Assembly (NCBI GenBank): GCA_045863335.1
Contig: BTVY01000033.1
Coordinates: 2,094 to 66,093 of the forward strand
DNA length: 64,000 nucleotides
Source: Candidatus Hydrogenedentota bacterium
Lineage (GTDB): Bacteria > Hydrogenedentota > Hydrogenedentia > Hydrogenedentales > SLHB01
Direction of reading: 5' to 3'
Shown: in pieces, positions 8,734 through 18,267 of the stretch
How positions within the stretch are numbered: the first letter of the stretch is position 1
How the letters are laid out: each line of letters starts with the position of its first letter
The notes under the pieces: model-generated
Seen by the model: the letters and a program-made list of their open reading frames with translations, nothing else
What the model was told of the DNA's origin: nothing
The model's database searches: none
Made by a program: the position numbers and the translations under genes

Positions 8734-10068
8734 ATGCAGATTTTGGAGGGGGAAATGCGCCACATCGTCACTATGTCCGTCCTGCTTGTCTTCATCGCAA
8801 GCGGATGTATCACCACTCACCTCACGCCCAACATCGACGTTACCGTCCGCGACGGCGACGCGGGGATCAACGTCCTGCAGTACGGCGCAACCCCGGACGG
8901 CACAACCGACAACACGATCGCCTTCCAAAAGGCGCTCGATGCCGCGGCGGCCGAGGGTGGCGGCGTCGTGGCCGTGCCGGTCGGCCAGTTCAGCTTTGAT
9001 GGATCCCTGACGATCCCCAAAGCGGTTACCTTGCGCGGCACCTTTGGATACGCGCCGGCCCACGCGGGAATCCGGGACAAGTCCGATGAAAAGCCGGTCT
9101 ACGGTTCCGTGCTCCTGCCGCGCGCCAATGCCGGGTCAGAAGATTGCCCGGCCTTCATCACGTTGCAGACGAATGCGGTGCTGCAAGGTGTCTGCATCCA
9201 CTACCCCGATCAGGCTCCGGACGCGCCGGAACCCGTGGCTTATCCCTATACCATCGCCATGCGCGGCAATAACCCCGCGGTGATTGATGTGGAACTCCTC
9301 AATCCCTACAACGCCATCGACGCGAGCCAGAACCAGCGGGCTCTCGTCCGGAACGTCCACGGCCAGCCCATTCATATCGGCGTCTATGTGGACAGCGTGT
9401 ACGATATCGGACGCATCGAGAACGTCCATTGGAATCCCTGGTGGACCATCAACACGCCCATCTATGAGTGGCAAATGAAGAACGGCGTAGGGTTTATCTT
9501 CGGCCGCACCGACTGGCACTACGTCCTCAATACCTTCTGCTTCGGGTACAACGTGGGCTACCAGTTCCTCGAAACTGAGAAGGGGGCGACCAACGGCAAC
9601 TTCCTTGGTATCGGCGCGGACAATTGCTTCACGGCGGTCGAAGTGCAGAACAGCGCGCCTTACGGCATCCTCATCACCAACGGCGAATTCGTATCCTTCG
9701 AAGGACCCGACCCCACCATGGTGCGCGTCAAAGACACCCACGAAGGTACCGTGCGGTTCAACAACTGCGCGTTCTGGGGTCCCTGCAACCGGATTGCGGT
9801 GGTGGATGGAACCGGCGTGGTGGGCTTCAGCGATTGCACCTTCTTCCAGTGGAACCATCGTAAGCAGGACACCCACGCGATTCGGGTCGAGGGCGGTTCT
9901 GTTCTCGTGCGCGGTTGCGAATTCGGCCAGGACAAGAAGCAGGTCTACCTCGGTCCGGATGTCGCACGGGCGATTATCTCCGAAAACCTGATCATCGGCG
10001 AGGAACGGATCACGAACGAATCGACCGGCGCGGTCGCCATCGAGAACAATCTCTCCATGGAAAAGTAA
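8734..10068 (+). CDS. Right-handed beta-helix (pectate-lyase superfamily) lipoprotein
   Basis: Lipoprotein-like N-terminus MQILEGEMRHIVTMSVLLVFIASGC. NVLQYGATPDGTTDNTIAFQKALDAAAAEGGGVVAVPVGQF is the Pectate_lyase_3-type motif. The track ORF from 8479 is an in-frame upstream extension inside the previous gene and was rejected. Confidence 0.75.
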   Translation: MQILEGEMRHIVTMSVLLVFIASGCITTHLTPNIDVTVRDGDAGINVLQYGATPDGTTDNTIAFQKALDAAAAEGGGVVAVPVGQFSFDGSLTIPKAVTLRGTFGYAPAHAGIRDKSDEKPVYGSVLLPRANAGSEDCPAFITLQTNAVLQGVCIHYPDQAPDAPEPVAYPYTIAMRGNNPAVIDVELLNPYNAIDASQNQRALVRNVHGQPIHIGVYVDSVYDIGRIENVHWNPWWTINTPIYEWQMKNGVGFIFGRTDWHYVLNTFCFGYNVGYQFLETEKGATNGNFLGIGADNCFTAVEVQNSAPYGILITNGEFVSFEGPDPTMVRVKDTHEGTVRFNNCAFWGPCNRIAVVDGTGVVGFSDCTFFQWNHRKQDTHAIRVEGGSVLVRGCEFGQDKKQVYLGPDVARAIISENLIIGEERITNESTGAVAIENNLSMEK

Positions 10069-10119
10069 GACCTCCCCGGTTTCCCGAGGAGGCTGACAGA
10101 TCTTCAGACTGGTTTCACC

Positions 10120-11034
10120 CTATGGTGCTTGGTGATAGAGGAGCGGGCCGCCTGCTGCGGTGCCGTCTGGAAGTAAACGATATAATTCATTCGAGTACGT
10201 AGCCGGATTGGCCTCGCCTTCCCGGCTGCGCGCTCGAAAATCAAAGTCCAAGCGCCCATTCTCGTTGACGTCGCGGCTTCCCAGATATGCCGCGCGGAGA
10301 GCCAGAATATTGTAGATATAGGTGGGAACAGGATTGGCAAAGGCGGCCAGGTTCGGGGGGCTGGCAACGCCGTGGGTGTTCTCCTCAGGTCCGGCACTGA
10401 TCAGGACGAACCCGTCATACCGGGGCGGCGGATACCCGAGTTCTGAGTCAAAGTCGGTATTCCACGCGATCCCGTCCCATACTTGGCCGCCAGCCGCAGT
10501 AATCACGCGTTTCAATCTATCCATCTGCTTCGAGTAGTACGGAGCGTAGATATAGGGCCGCGGTTCCCGGTTCAATCGGCCAACCACTCCGAGGCCGCCC
10601 GTGTAAACTGGTAGTGTGCCGACCGGCTCAAAGGTGTCGGCCCCGCCGTTGTACGGAACGTATTCCATCAAATCAATGGTGTTGTTGTTATTTGCGTCGT
10701 AGTTCTGGGTGAACCGGTCGTGAAAATCCAGCGCGCCGAAGAGGCCAATGTAGGCCATGTAGGTCTGTGTGTGGTGCGTTGGCGGTGGATTCACCGCAGG
10801 TGGATTGGGTGGCCAGGTCCGGAATCCGTAGGCGGGCGGGTAACTTTCATTTTCGGTGTAGTATTGGGTCAAGGCGGTCCGGATGGCGTTGAAGTCCGCT
10901 TCCACGTCGGCAATCTTTGCGCGTTCCAGGGCCCGGGGCAGGGCCACGGAGACCAAACCTGCAAGGATGCCGATAATGGCAATAACGACAAGGAGTTCGA
11001 TGAGGGTGAACCCCCATGTGCGCGCCGTCTTCAT
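10120..11034 (-). CDS. Prepilin-type N-terminal cleavage/methylation domain protein (DUF1559-like pseudopilin)
   Basis: MKTARTWGFTLIELLVVIAIIGILAGL is the class-III signal/N-methylation motif. This family is expanded in Planctomycetota/Verrucomicrobiota. Start chosen at the internal ATG (cat at 11032-11034). Confidence 0.8.
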   Translation of the reverse strand: MKTARTWGFTLIELLVVIAIIGILAGLVSVALPRALERAKIADVEADFNAIRTALTQYYTENESYPPAYGFRTWPPNPPAVNPPPTHHTQTYMAYIGLFGALDFHDRFTQNYDANNNNTIDLMEYVPYNGGADTFEPVGTLPVYTGGLGVVGRLNREPRPYIYAPYYSKQMDRLKRVITAAGGQVWDGIAWNTDFDSELGYPPPRYDGFVLISAGPEENTHGVASPPNLAAFANPVPTYIYNILALRAAYLGSRDVNENGRLDFDFRARSREGEANPATYSNELYRLLPDGTAAGGPLLYHQAP

Positions 11035-11177
11035 GAAACAGATCTCCCCAGTGTTGAGAACACGAGCCTTCTTTTGGATGATACCACGCACCCACAGGGG
11101 CGTCAAATGAACTCGTTGATTTACGACGGTTTAACGCGTAGGATCTAGGCCTCTCTTGCCTAAGTAAACTGCGAATA

Positions 11178-13325
11178 GTGACGCCTATGATCATCTTAAA
11201 TACCGACCAAAACCGCGCCGCGAGTGCGCCTGATGGTCCTGTCCTGGTACTGGCTGGGGCAGGCTCAGGCAAGACACGCGTGATTGTTGAGCGTATCGCA
11301 TGGCTCATAGCAGAGCAGGGGCTGGACCCGCGAAATATTCTGGCGCTTACGTTTACGAATAAGGCTGCCGGTGAAATGCGGTCGCGAATCACCGCCCGGT
11401 TGGAGGCATCCGACTTTGGCGCGTGGATTGGGACCTTCCACTCCTTCGGCCTCTTCATCCTGCGCCGGGAATTCGACAAGTTAGGACGGCGCAAAAGCTT
11501 CACCATCTTCGACGATGCTGATCAGTTGTCCTTGATGAAGCGGATTCTGAAGGATTTTCCCTCGACGGAGGTTCAACCCTTCCCCCGGGAGGTCCTTTCC
11601 TGGATCAGCCGCCTGAAGCAGGACTTGGCCAAACCGGATTCGCTCCGGGATTCCGACCTTCCTCACGAGGCGTATCGGTCGTGGTGGCATCGTTACCATC
11701 ACGCGCTCGAATCGTATTCCGCGGTGGATTTTGACGACCTCCTCGTTTTGACCGCTCGATTGTTTGAGGAGCATCCGGAGGTTCGCGAGAAGTATCAGCG
11801 CCGCTTCAAGTACGTCCTGGTCGATGAGTACCAGGACACGAACCGGGCGCAATACGTTATCGCGCGCAGCCTGTCGTCCGGCCACGGCAACCTCTTTGTC
11901 GTCGGCGACGAGGACCAGGCGATCTATTCGTGGCGGGGCGCCGACATTCGCAACATCCTCGAGTTCGAGAAGGACTTCCCCGACGCGCTCGTGGTCCGGC
12001 TCGAAGAGAACTACCGCAGCACCGCGCCCATCCTGTCCGCCGCGAACGCGGTTGTATCGAACAACATCAACCGCTTGGGCAAGACGCTGCGGACCAATCA
12101 GAAGGGCGGCGACCGCGTCCGGATGTTCGACGCCGAAACTGGCGACGCGGAGGCCGCTTTCGTTGCGGAGGATGTCGTACGCCGAGGCATATCCCCGGCG
12201 GAGGTGGCGGTCCTTTACCGCACCAACAGCCAGGCCCGACTCGTGGAAGAGGCGTTTCGCCGGAAAGGGCTCGCCTACCGGATCGTGGGCGGTGTCCAAT
12301 TCTACGGTCGCAAAGAAATCAAGGACATACTGGCGTACCTGCGTGCCCTTGCAAACCCGGCAGACGAATCCGCGTTGCGCCGGATCATCAATACACCGCC
12401 CCGCGGAATCGGCGCCACGACGCTGGAACAACTGGATGCGTATGCCGCCGAACGCCGCACCACGCTTGAACAGCTCCTCCGCGAGGTGGAGACCGACCAG
12501 ACCGTGAGCGCCCGCGCGCGGAACGCCATCACGGAGTTCGTGCACCTGATGGACGACCTCGCGCTGGAGTCCAAGTCCCTTCCCCTGAAGCAACTCGTAG
12601 AGTCGCTCCTCGATCGCACGGGATACCGGGAATACCTGCGCCAGTCTGACGCGCAAGACTTTCGGACGCGCCTCGAGATGGTGGAAGAATTCCTCTCGTC
12701 CTGCGCGGAGTTCGACCAAAGGGGCACGGGCGGCATACTGGAATTCTTGCAGGAACTGTCCCTCGTTTCCGATGTCGATGAATGGGACGATTCCGCGCCC
12801 GCGGCGGCGTTGATGACCTGTCATTCGGCCAAGGGTCTTGAGTTTAATCACGTCTACCTGATAGGTTTAGAAGAAGGGTTACTGCCCCACGCCAGTTCCC
12901 TTGAATCCGCGGACGCCGTCGAGGAAGAACGGCGTCTCTGCTATGTCGCCATGACGCGCGCGCGGAAGACGCTCACGCTATGCGCGGCCCGTACGCGCAC
13001 GCTCTTCGGCGAAACGACGGACAGGGATCCTTCCCGGTTTTTGGGAGAGATATCCCGTGACGCACTGGATTTCGTTGGCGTTGAAGAGCCGCCTCGCGCT
13101 GCCGCGCTGCAGTCCACACGCGTGCCTGCGGCCGCGACGCCGGGCGCGGAGGGCATTCGCGTCGGAACGCGCGTGTGGCACGCCAAGTTCGGGAAGGGAA
13201 CGGTCATGCAGACTTCCGGGTCGGGCGCGAAATTGCGTGCGCGCATTCGATTCCAAACGGGCCGGGCCCGGGAATTCATGGTCAGTGCGGCGCCCCTCAG
13301 GATTCTGGACGGAGACGGACGGTGA
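11178..13325 (+). CDS. pcrA: ATP-dependent DNA helicase, UvrD/PcrA family
   Basis: Walker A LAGAGSGKTRVIVERIAWLI, the DEYQDTN and VGDEDQAIYSWRGA motifs, and the C-terminal GKGTV...tudor-like tail typical of PcrA/UvrD. Confidence 0.9.
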   Translation: MTPMIILNTDQNRAASAPDGPVLVLAGAGSGKTRVIVERIAWLIAEQGLDPRNILALTFTNKAAGEMRSRITARLEASDFGAWIGTFHSFGLFILRREFDKLGRRKSFTIFDDADQLSLMKRILKDFPSTEVQPFPREVLSWISRLKQDLAKPDSLRDSDLPHEAYRSWWHRYHHALESYSAVDFDDLLVLTARLFEEHPEVREKYQRRFKYVLVDEYQDTNRAQYVIARSLSSGHGNLFVVGDEDQAIYSWRGADIRNILEFEKDFPDALVVRLEENYRSTAPILSAANAVVSNNINRLGKTLRTNQKGGDRVRMFDAETGDAEAAFVAEDVVRRGISPAEVAVLYRTNSQARLVEEAFRRKGLAYRIVGGVQFYGRKEIKDILAYLRALANPADESALRRIINTPPRGIGATTLEQLDAYAAERRTTLEQLLREVETDQTVSARARNAITEFVHLMDDLALESKSLPLKQLVESLLDRTGYREYLRQSDAQDFRTRLEMVEEFLSSCAEFDQRGTGGILEFLQELSLVSDVDEWDDSAPAAALMTCHSAKGLEFNHVYLIGLEEGLLPHASSLESADAVEEERRLCYVAMTRARKTLTLCAARTRTLFGETTDRDPSRFLGEISRDALDFVGVEEPPRAAALQSTRVPAAATPGAEGIRVGTRVWHAKFGKGTVMQTSGSGAKLRARIRFQTGRAREFMVSAAPLRILDGDGR

Positions 13326-14392
13326 CACTCGAAGAACTGCGCGCCAGGATTGACGGACTGGACGACGAAATCATCAAGCTCTTGAACGAGCGCGCCCAGT
13401 GCGCCCTTGCCATCGGTGAGATCAAGCGGACCAACAACGCCGAATACTACGTGCCCGAGCGCGAGAAGGCCATTTTCGACAAGGTGCGGGACGCGAACCC
13501 GGGACCGCTTCCCGGTTCGGCAATCAAGGCGATTTACCGCGAGATTATCAGTGCCGTGCGGGCGCTGGAGAAGCCGCTCGAGATCGCGTTTCTGGGCCCC
13601 AAAGACACGTTCAGCCACATGGCCGCGCTCAAGATTTTTGGCACCAGTTCGGAGTACCTGCCCGTTCCAACGGTGGAAGATATCTTCACCGAGGTGGAAC
13701 GGAAGCGGGCTGACTACGGCGTTGTGCCTGTGGAAACTGCCATGGGTGGCGGCGTCAGCGACACCCTGGACCGGTTCGTGGCTTCGGATCTCAAAATAAT
13801 CAACGAAATCATGCTCCACGTGACGCAGAACCTCCTTTCCAATAGCCCGCTCGAGGAAATCAAACACGTCTATTCGAAGGTGCAGCCGTTCGTCCAATGC
13901 CGGAACTGGCTCAAAGCGAATCTGCCTTCGGCAGACTTGGTCGAGACCGCGAGCACGGCCGAGGCGGCGCGAATCGCCGCGAACGAACCGGGCGCCGCGG
14001 CCATCGCGAGCGCGCTGGCGGCCGAAACGTACGGGATTGAGATTCTTGCCCGCGGGATCGAAGACAGCCCCAACAATTTCACGCGTTTTTTTGTCATCGC
14101 GCGGCATATGGCGAAGCCGACCGGCAATGACAAAACGGCCATACTGTGCTCCATCACGGACCATCAAGGGGCCTTGTACGAATTGCTCAAACCCATGGCG
14201 GAAGAGGGAATTAACCTGACGCGCATCGAGTCGCGGCCCTCTCAGAAACGCGCATGGGAGTACGTATTCTTCATCGATATGCTGGGACATGTGGACGAGG
14301 CGAGAATCCGGCATGCCATCGACCGCCTATCCAAGCATTGCAAGGAACTAAAGGTTTTGGGCTCCTTTCCCCACGGTGAACTTGAAGATTAG
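13322..14392 (+). CDS. pheA: Bifunctional chorismate mutase / prephenate dehydratase (P-protein)
   Basis: CM domain LEELRARIDGLDDEIIKLLNERA, PDT domain IAFLGPKDTFSHMAA...ESRPS and C-terminal ACT domain. GTG start overlapping the pcrA stop (GTGA). Confidence 0.85.
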   Translation: MTLEELRARIDGLDDEIIKLLNERAQCALAIGEIKRTNNAEYYVPEREKAIFDKVRDANPGPLPGSAIKAIYREIISAVRALEKPLEIAFLGPKDTFSHMAALKIFGTSSEYLPVPTVEDIFTEVERKRADYGVVPVETAMGGGVSDTLDRFVASDLKIINEIMLHVTQNLLSNSPLEEIKHVYSKVQPFVQCRNWLKANLPSADLVETASTAEAARIAANEPGAAAIASALAAETYGIEILARGIEDSPNNFTRFFVIARHMAKPTGNDKTAILCSITDHQGALYELLKPMAEEGINLTRIESRPSQKRAWEYVFFIDMLGHVDEARIRHAIDRLSKHCKELKVLGSFPHGELED

Positions 14393-14405
14393 CTGGTAGG
14401 GTTGA

Positions 14406-14426
14406 CCAGTGCCATTCGGGCACTGG
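14406..14426 (+). terminator. Candidate stem-loop downstream of pheA
   Basis: ccagtgcc-attcg-ggcactgg: 8-bp perfect stem, 5-nt loop, 14 nt after the pheA stop. No strong U-tract follows, so weak. Confidence 0.3.
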
Positions 14427-14574
14427 AATCGCTCTCCGCTGCCAGTATGGCCTTCAACCCCCGTTTCCGGCAAGGCATCGCCCACATCAGAGTGCGAGGT
14501 GCTGGCCGGGAATCGAAGGAGTCTCGGCATGGTAGCGATTGCGCGCATTACGAGCGCGAAGTAGGAGATCAGTC

Positions 14575-15402
14575 GTGAAGAAAGCGTTACCCTATGTCTT
14601 GTCCGTTGGCGTCGGCATTGTGGTTCTCTACGGCGTCTACCATTTTCGGACCACCCGGTTGTTGCCGCAGCAACTGGAAGAAATGCGTCAGGCGAGCGAC
14701 CGCCTTGCCGAGGTTGAACAGCATGAGCACGCGCACGAGCAGGTTGCGCCAGACGAGGAGGTTCCGGAGGAGTTTTTCGTGGCCTTCGAGTGTTCCAATG
14801 GCGATTTCTTGGTTCACTGCTACAGGGATTGGGCGCCACACGGTGCGAAACGATTCTATGACCTGGTCAAGGCGGGTTTCTACGACAACAACCGTGTCTT
14901 TCGCGTCGTGCCCGAGTTCGTCGTCCAGTTTGGGCTGTCGGGAGATCCGGCCCTGAATGCCAAATGGGCGGACGCCAACATCCCCGACGACCCGGTGGTC
15001 GAGTCAAACAGCCGCGGGCGCGTGAGTTTTGCTGCGACCAGCATGCCCAACTCGCGTTCCACCCAGATTTTTGTCAATCTGAGTTCGAAGAGTTCCAACA
15101 TTAAGTTGGATCGCATGGGTTTCGCCCCGATTGGCGAGATTGGCGCGGGCATGGAAACCGTAGACAGCTTCTATGCCGGGTATGGGGAAGAACCGAGCAG
15201 TCTGCAAACACAGATTAAGGCGACGGGGAACGCAATTCTGGACAGCCAATTTCCGAACTTGTCCACCATCAAGCGCGCCTATTTGGTGGAATCTCCCCAA
15301 GCGTTTTACGAGTCACGGCCTTCGAACAGTTCCGAAGCGGGAACGACCGAGGAATCGGAACCGGAGACGCCCCAACCTCAAGACCCGAGTACCAATCCGT
15401 AA
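14575..15402 (+). CDS. Cyclophilin-type peptidyl-prolyl cis-trans isomerase with N-terminal membrane anchor and acidic linker
   Basis: GTG start 7 nt after AGGAGA. TM helix LPYVLSVGVGIVVLYGV, acidic His/Glu linker, then a cyclophilin core (FECSNGDFLVHCYRDWAPHGAKRFYDLVKAGFYDNNRVFRVVPEFVVQFG). Confidence 0.75.
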   Translation: MKKALPYVLSVGVGIVVLYGVYHFRTTRLLPQQLEEMRQASDRLAEVEQHEHAHEQVAPDEEVPEEFFVAFECSNGDFLVHCYRDWAPHGAKRFYDLVKAGFYDNNRVFRVVPEFVVQFGLSGDPALNAKWADANIPDDPVVESNSRGRVSFAATSMPNSRSTQIFVNLSSKSSNIKLDRMGFAPIGEIGAGMETVDSFYAGYGEEPSSLQTQIKATGNAILDSQFPNLSTIKRAYLVESPQAFYESRPSNSSEAGTTEESEPETPQPQDPSTNP

Positions 15403-15434
15403 CCAAATCCAACTTGTGGAGTACACACCCTGTC

Positions 15435-15971
15435 ATGGCTGAACAAGCGCCCGAATCGTTCAAACTCGCCTTTAACTGTTCCCACGGTACCTTTGTCGTG
15501 GAATGCACCCGCTCTTGGGCCCCCAACGGGGTTGACCGCCTTTTCGAACTGGTGAGTCAAGGCTTCTACGAAGACGCTCGCTTTTTCCGGGTCGTCAAAT
15601 CGCCGCGGCCCTTCATCATCCAGTTCGGCATTCCGGCCGATCCCGATGTTGCCGCGGAGTGGCGGAGCGCGACGATTCCCGACGATGACGTGGAAGAAAC
15701 CAACGCGGCCGGCACGCTCACCTTCGCGACCGCGGGTCCAAACACGCGAACCACGCAGCTTTTCATCAACCTGGCCGACAACGCATTTCTTGACAGTCAG
15801 GGTTTCGCGCCTCTCGGCCGGGTCGTCGAAGGGTTCGACGTGGTGAACGCAACAAACGGCGAATACGGCGAGCGGCCCGATCAGGGGCGTATTCAATCGC
15901 AGGGAAACGCCTATCTCAAGGAGGCATTTCCGAATCTCGATTTCATCGAGTCTGTTACAATCGTGGAGTAA
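15435..15971 (+). CDS. Cyclophilin-type peptidyl-prolyl cis-trans isomerase (cytoplasmic paralog)
   Basis: FNCSHGTFVVECTRSWAPNGVDRLFELVSQGFYEDARFFRVVKSPRPFIIQFG is clearly paralogous to the preceding gene. Confidence 0.75.
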   Translation: MAEQAPESFKLAFNCSHGTFVVECTRSWAPNGVDRLFELVSQGFYEDARFFRVVKSPRPFIIQFGIPADPDVAAEWRSATIPDDDVEETNAAGTLTFATAGPNTRTTQLFINLADNAFLDSQGFAPLGRVVEGFDVVNATNGEYGERPDQGRIQSQGNAYLKEAFPNLDFIESVTIVE

Positions 15972-16013
15972 CGCTATCACGCATCGCGCGCAAACCTGCG
16001 TGGAAGGGCGAAT

Positions 16014-17000
16014 ATGAGCAGTGTAGTCCGCTGGGGAATCTTGGGAACCGCGCGTATCGGCCGCGCGCTGATTCAAGGAATCGGCGATTCCACCGACAAC
16101 TGCATCCAGGCGGTGGCAAGCCGCGAGTGGACCCGTGCCAGCGAGTGGGCTAAGGAATTGGGAATACCCCGGGTGTTTGGATCGTACGAGGACATGCTTC
16201 ACTCCGGCGAGATCAGCGCCGTGTACAATCCCCTGCCCAACAGTCTCCATGCCGAATGGACTATGAAGGCGCTCGAGGCTGGATTGCCCGTGCTTTGCGA
16301 AAAGCCGTTTACGCTAACGGCATCCGAAGCGCGGGAGGTTGCCGCACTGGCAAGGCGTAAGCAACTCCCGGTTGCAGAAGCCTTCATGTACCGGTTTCAC
16401 CCCATCTACGACCGCGTACTGGAAACGATTCAATCAGGTTCCATCGGTGACGTTATGGCCATTCGTTCCGCCTTTACGTTTCGCCTGCCCGACCGCGAGA
16501 ATATTCGGTGGAGGAGCGATTTGGGTGGCGGTGCGCTCATGGATTTGGGTTGTTACTGCGTGAACTTGAGCCGTTTGATCGCGGGGTGCGAGCCATTGAG
16601 CGTAGCCGGCGTTGAGCGGCGATCCGGAGTGGACGGCACCATGATCGGCGTGCTGGAGTTTCCTGGAAATGTATTGGCTCATTTCGAATGCAGCTTCGAA
16701 CAGTACGGTCGTTCCTTCGCGGAGATTGAAGGCACCGAGGGGGTGATCATCCTTCAACGGCCCTGGTTCCCGGGCGAACACACGGCCGAGTTTTTGATTC
16801 GGCGGGAAGGCCGGGAGGAAACGATCTCGGTAACCGGCGCGAATACGTACCGTCTTGAAATCGAAGACTTTGGCCGCGCGTGTCAAACCCATGGCGCCCC
16901 GCGCTGGACTATTGACGACGCGGTTTCCAACATGGCCGTCATCGATTCGCTCTACACCTCTGCGCGCGAACGGCATCCCGTCTCCGTAGGCAAATCATAG
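16014..17000 (+). CDS. Gfo/Idh/MocA family NAD(P)-dependent oxidoreductase
   Basis: Rossmann N-terminus VRWGILGTARIGRALI, the EKP motif (LCEKPFTLT) and a C-terminal alpha/beta domain. Confidence 0.85.
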   Translation: MSSVVRWGILGTARIGRALIQGIGDSTDNCIQAVASREWTRASEWAKELGIPRVFGSYEDMLHSGEISAVYNPLPNSLHAEWTMKALEAGLPVLCEKPFTLTASEAREVAALARRKQLPVAEAFMYRFHPIYDRVLETIQSGSIGDVMAIRSAFTFRLPDRENIRWRSDLGGGALMDLGCYCVNLSRLIAGCEPLSVAGVERRSGVDGTMIGVLEFPGNVLAHFECSFEQYGRSFAEIEGTEGVIILQRPWFPGEHTAEFLIRREGREETISVTGANTYRLEIEDFGRACQTHGAPRWTIDDAVSNMAVIDSLYTSARERHPVSVGKS

Positions 17001-17018
17001 CGCAGGGCGGTTCGACGC

Positions 17019-17486
17019 ATGTCCCCAGATGCCACCCCCCGCAGTGCGCCGTTGGACCTATGCGTGCGGCCCGCGAGTCTGGCGGAGATCATCGATCTGC
17101 GTAACGAGGTTATCATCCAGGGCACGGGCAGGACTTCGCCCGAGTTTCCCGGTGACTACGATCCATCCACGCTTCACATGGGCGCGTTCGTGGGCGATCG
17201 CAACGTCGGTTGCGCGACCTTTCTCGAAAGGTCCTGGGAAGACGAGCCCGCATGGCAATTGCGCGGAATGGCGACCGCGCGGGATGTTCGTGGCGGCGGA
17301 ATTGGCGCGCGATTGTTGCGCGAGTCCGAAGCGGTGCTCGCGCAACGGTCGCCGATCCGGTTGCTCTGGTGCAACGCCCGGAACGTGGCGATTCCATTCT
17401 ACGTGAAAATCGGTTGGACGATAGAAACGGACGAGTTTCTGACGCCCGGCATTGGTATGCAGCGCAAGATGACCAAGCGGTACTGA
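17019..17486 (+). CDS. GNAT family N-acetyltransferase
   Basis: QLRGMATARDVRGGGIGARLL acetyl-CoA binding motif (R/QxxGxG/A). Confidence 0.75.
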   Translation: MSPDATPRSAPLDLCVRPASLAEIIDLRNEVIIQGTGRTSPEFPGDYDPSTLHMGAFVGDRNVGCATFLERSWEDEPAWQLRGMATARDVRGGGIGARLLRESEAVLAQRSPIRLLWCNARNVAIPFYVKIGWTIETDEFLTPGIGMQRKMTKRY

Positions 17487-17490
17487 CGGC

Positions 17491-18267
17491 TCACGCGCCG
17501 GGGTCCCATTTCGGCAGCCGTTTCTCGAGGAAAGCGCGCATGCCTTCGAGCGCTTCTTGGGAACGCCGGATCTCCTTGTGGTGTGCAAGCGCGCGGGAGA
17601 GGTCCTCCTCCAGGGGCCGGGGCCACAGATCATCCACGAGCCGGCGCGAGTGTGCGATCGCATCCGGAGCGCCCTTGAGGATATGTGCTGCAAATTCGCG
17701 TGCGACAGGAAGGACTTCGTCTTTTGGAACGGCGCGATCGATCAAGCCCATCTCTAACGCCTGTTGCGCGTCCACCAGTTCACCCAAGACGAGCAGCTCT
17801 CGGACGAATCGCTCTGCGATTTGCCGTCGCAGCAACGAGGAGACCAGGCTCGCGACCAAACCGCGCCGGACCTCGGGATAACCGATTCGGGTCTCCTCGG
17901 CCGCGATGACGAAATCGCAGGCCGTCATCAAACCCGCGCCTCCCGCCACGGCCGCGCCGTGGACCGTGGCGATAGTTACTACGCGGGAGCGGTGTACGGT
18001 CAAGAGCATGCGGGCGACGAGTTCACCCGACTGCTCAGCCAGTTCCAGATTCTGCGCCTCCGCCAAATCGAGACCGGAACAAAAGACCGGACCTTCCCCG
18101 CGCAGGATGGCGACGCGGACGGAGTCGTCCCGTTCGAGCGCATCGTACCGATCGCATAGCGATCGCATCAGGTTTATGCTCAACGCATTCCGTTTGTCCG
18201 GCCGGTTGAGTGTGACGAGTATGACGCCCGGGCTGAGGATTTCCGTGTGGACCAACGCTTGACTCAT
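17491..18267 (-). CDS. Enoyl-CoA hydratase/isomerase (crotonase) family protein
   Basis: VILVTLNRPDKRNAL...RVAILRGEGPVFCSGLDL...ATVHGAAVAGGAGLMTACDFVIAAEE crotonase-fold oxyanion-hole motifs. Confidence 0.85.
   Translation of the reverse strand: MSQALVHTEILSPGVILVTLNRPDKRNALSINLMRSLCDRYDALERDDSVRVAILRGEGPVFCSGLDLAEAQNLELAEQSGELVARMLLTVHRSRVVTIATVHGAAVAGGAGLMTACDFVIAAEETRIGYPEVRRGLVASLVSSLLRRQIAERFVRELLVLGELVDAQQALEMGLIDRAVPKDEVLPVAREFAAHILKGAPDAIAHSRRLVDDLWPRPLEEDLSRALAHHKEIRRSQEALEGMRAFLEKRLPKWDPGA

Noticed and set aside
11481-12851. 456-aa minus-strand ORF inside pcrA/uvrD
   Set aside because: Antisense to a helicase with Walker motifs. Arg-rich junk translation.
12941-14314. 457-aa minus-strand ORF overlapping pheA and the pcrA 3' end
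   Set aside because: Antisense to two well-supported genes. Arg/Gly/Pro-rich low-complexity translation typical of GC-rich antisense frames. No recognisable motifs.
15378-16250. 290-aa minus-strand ORF spanning the cyclophilin-2 and oxidoreductase genes
   Set aside because: Antisense to two plus-strand genes with clear family motifs. No motifs of its own.
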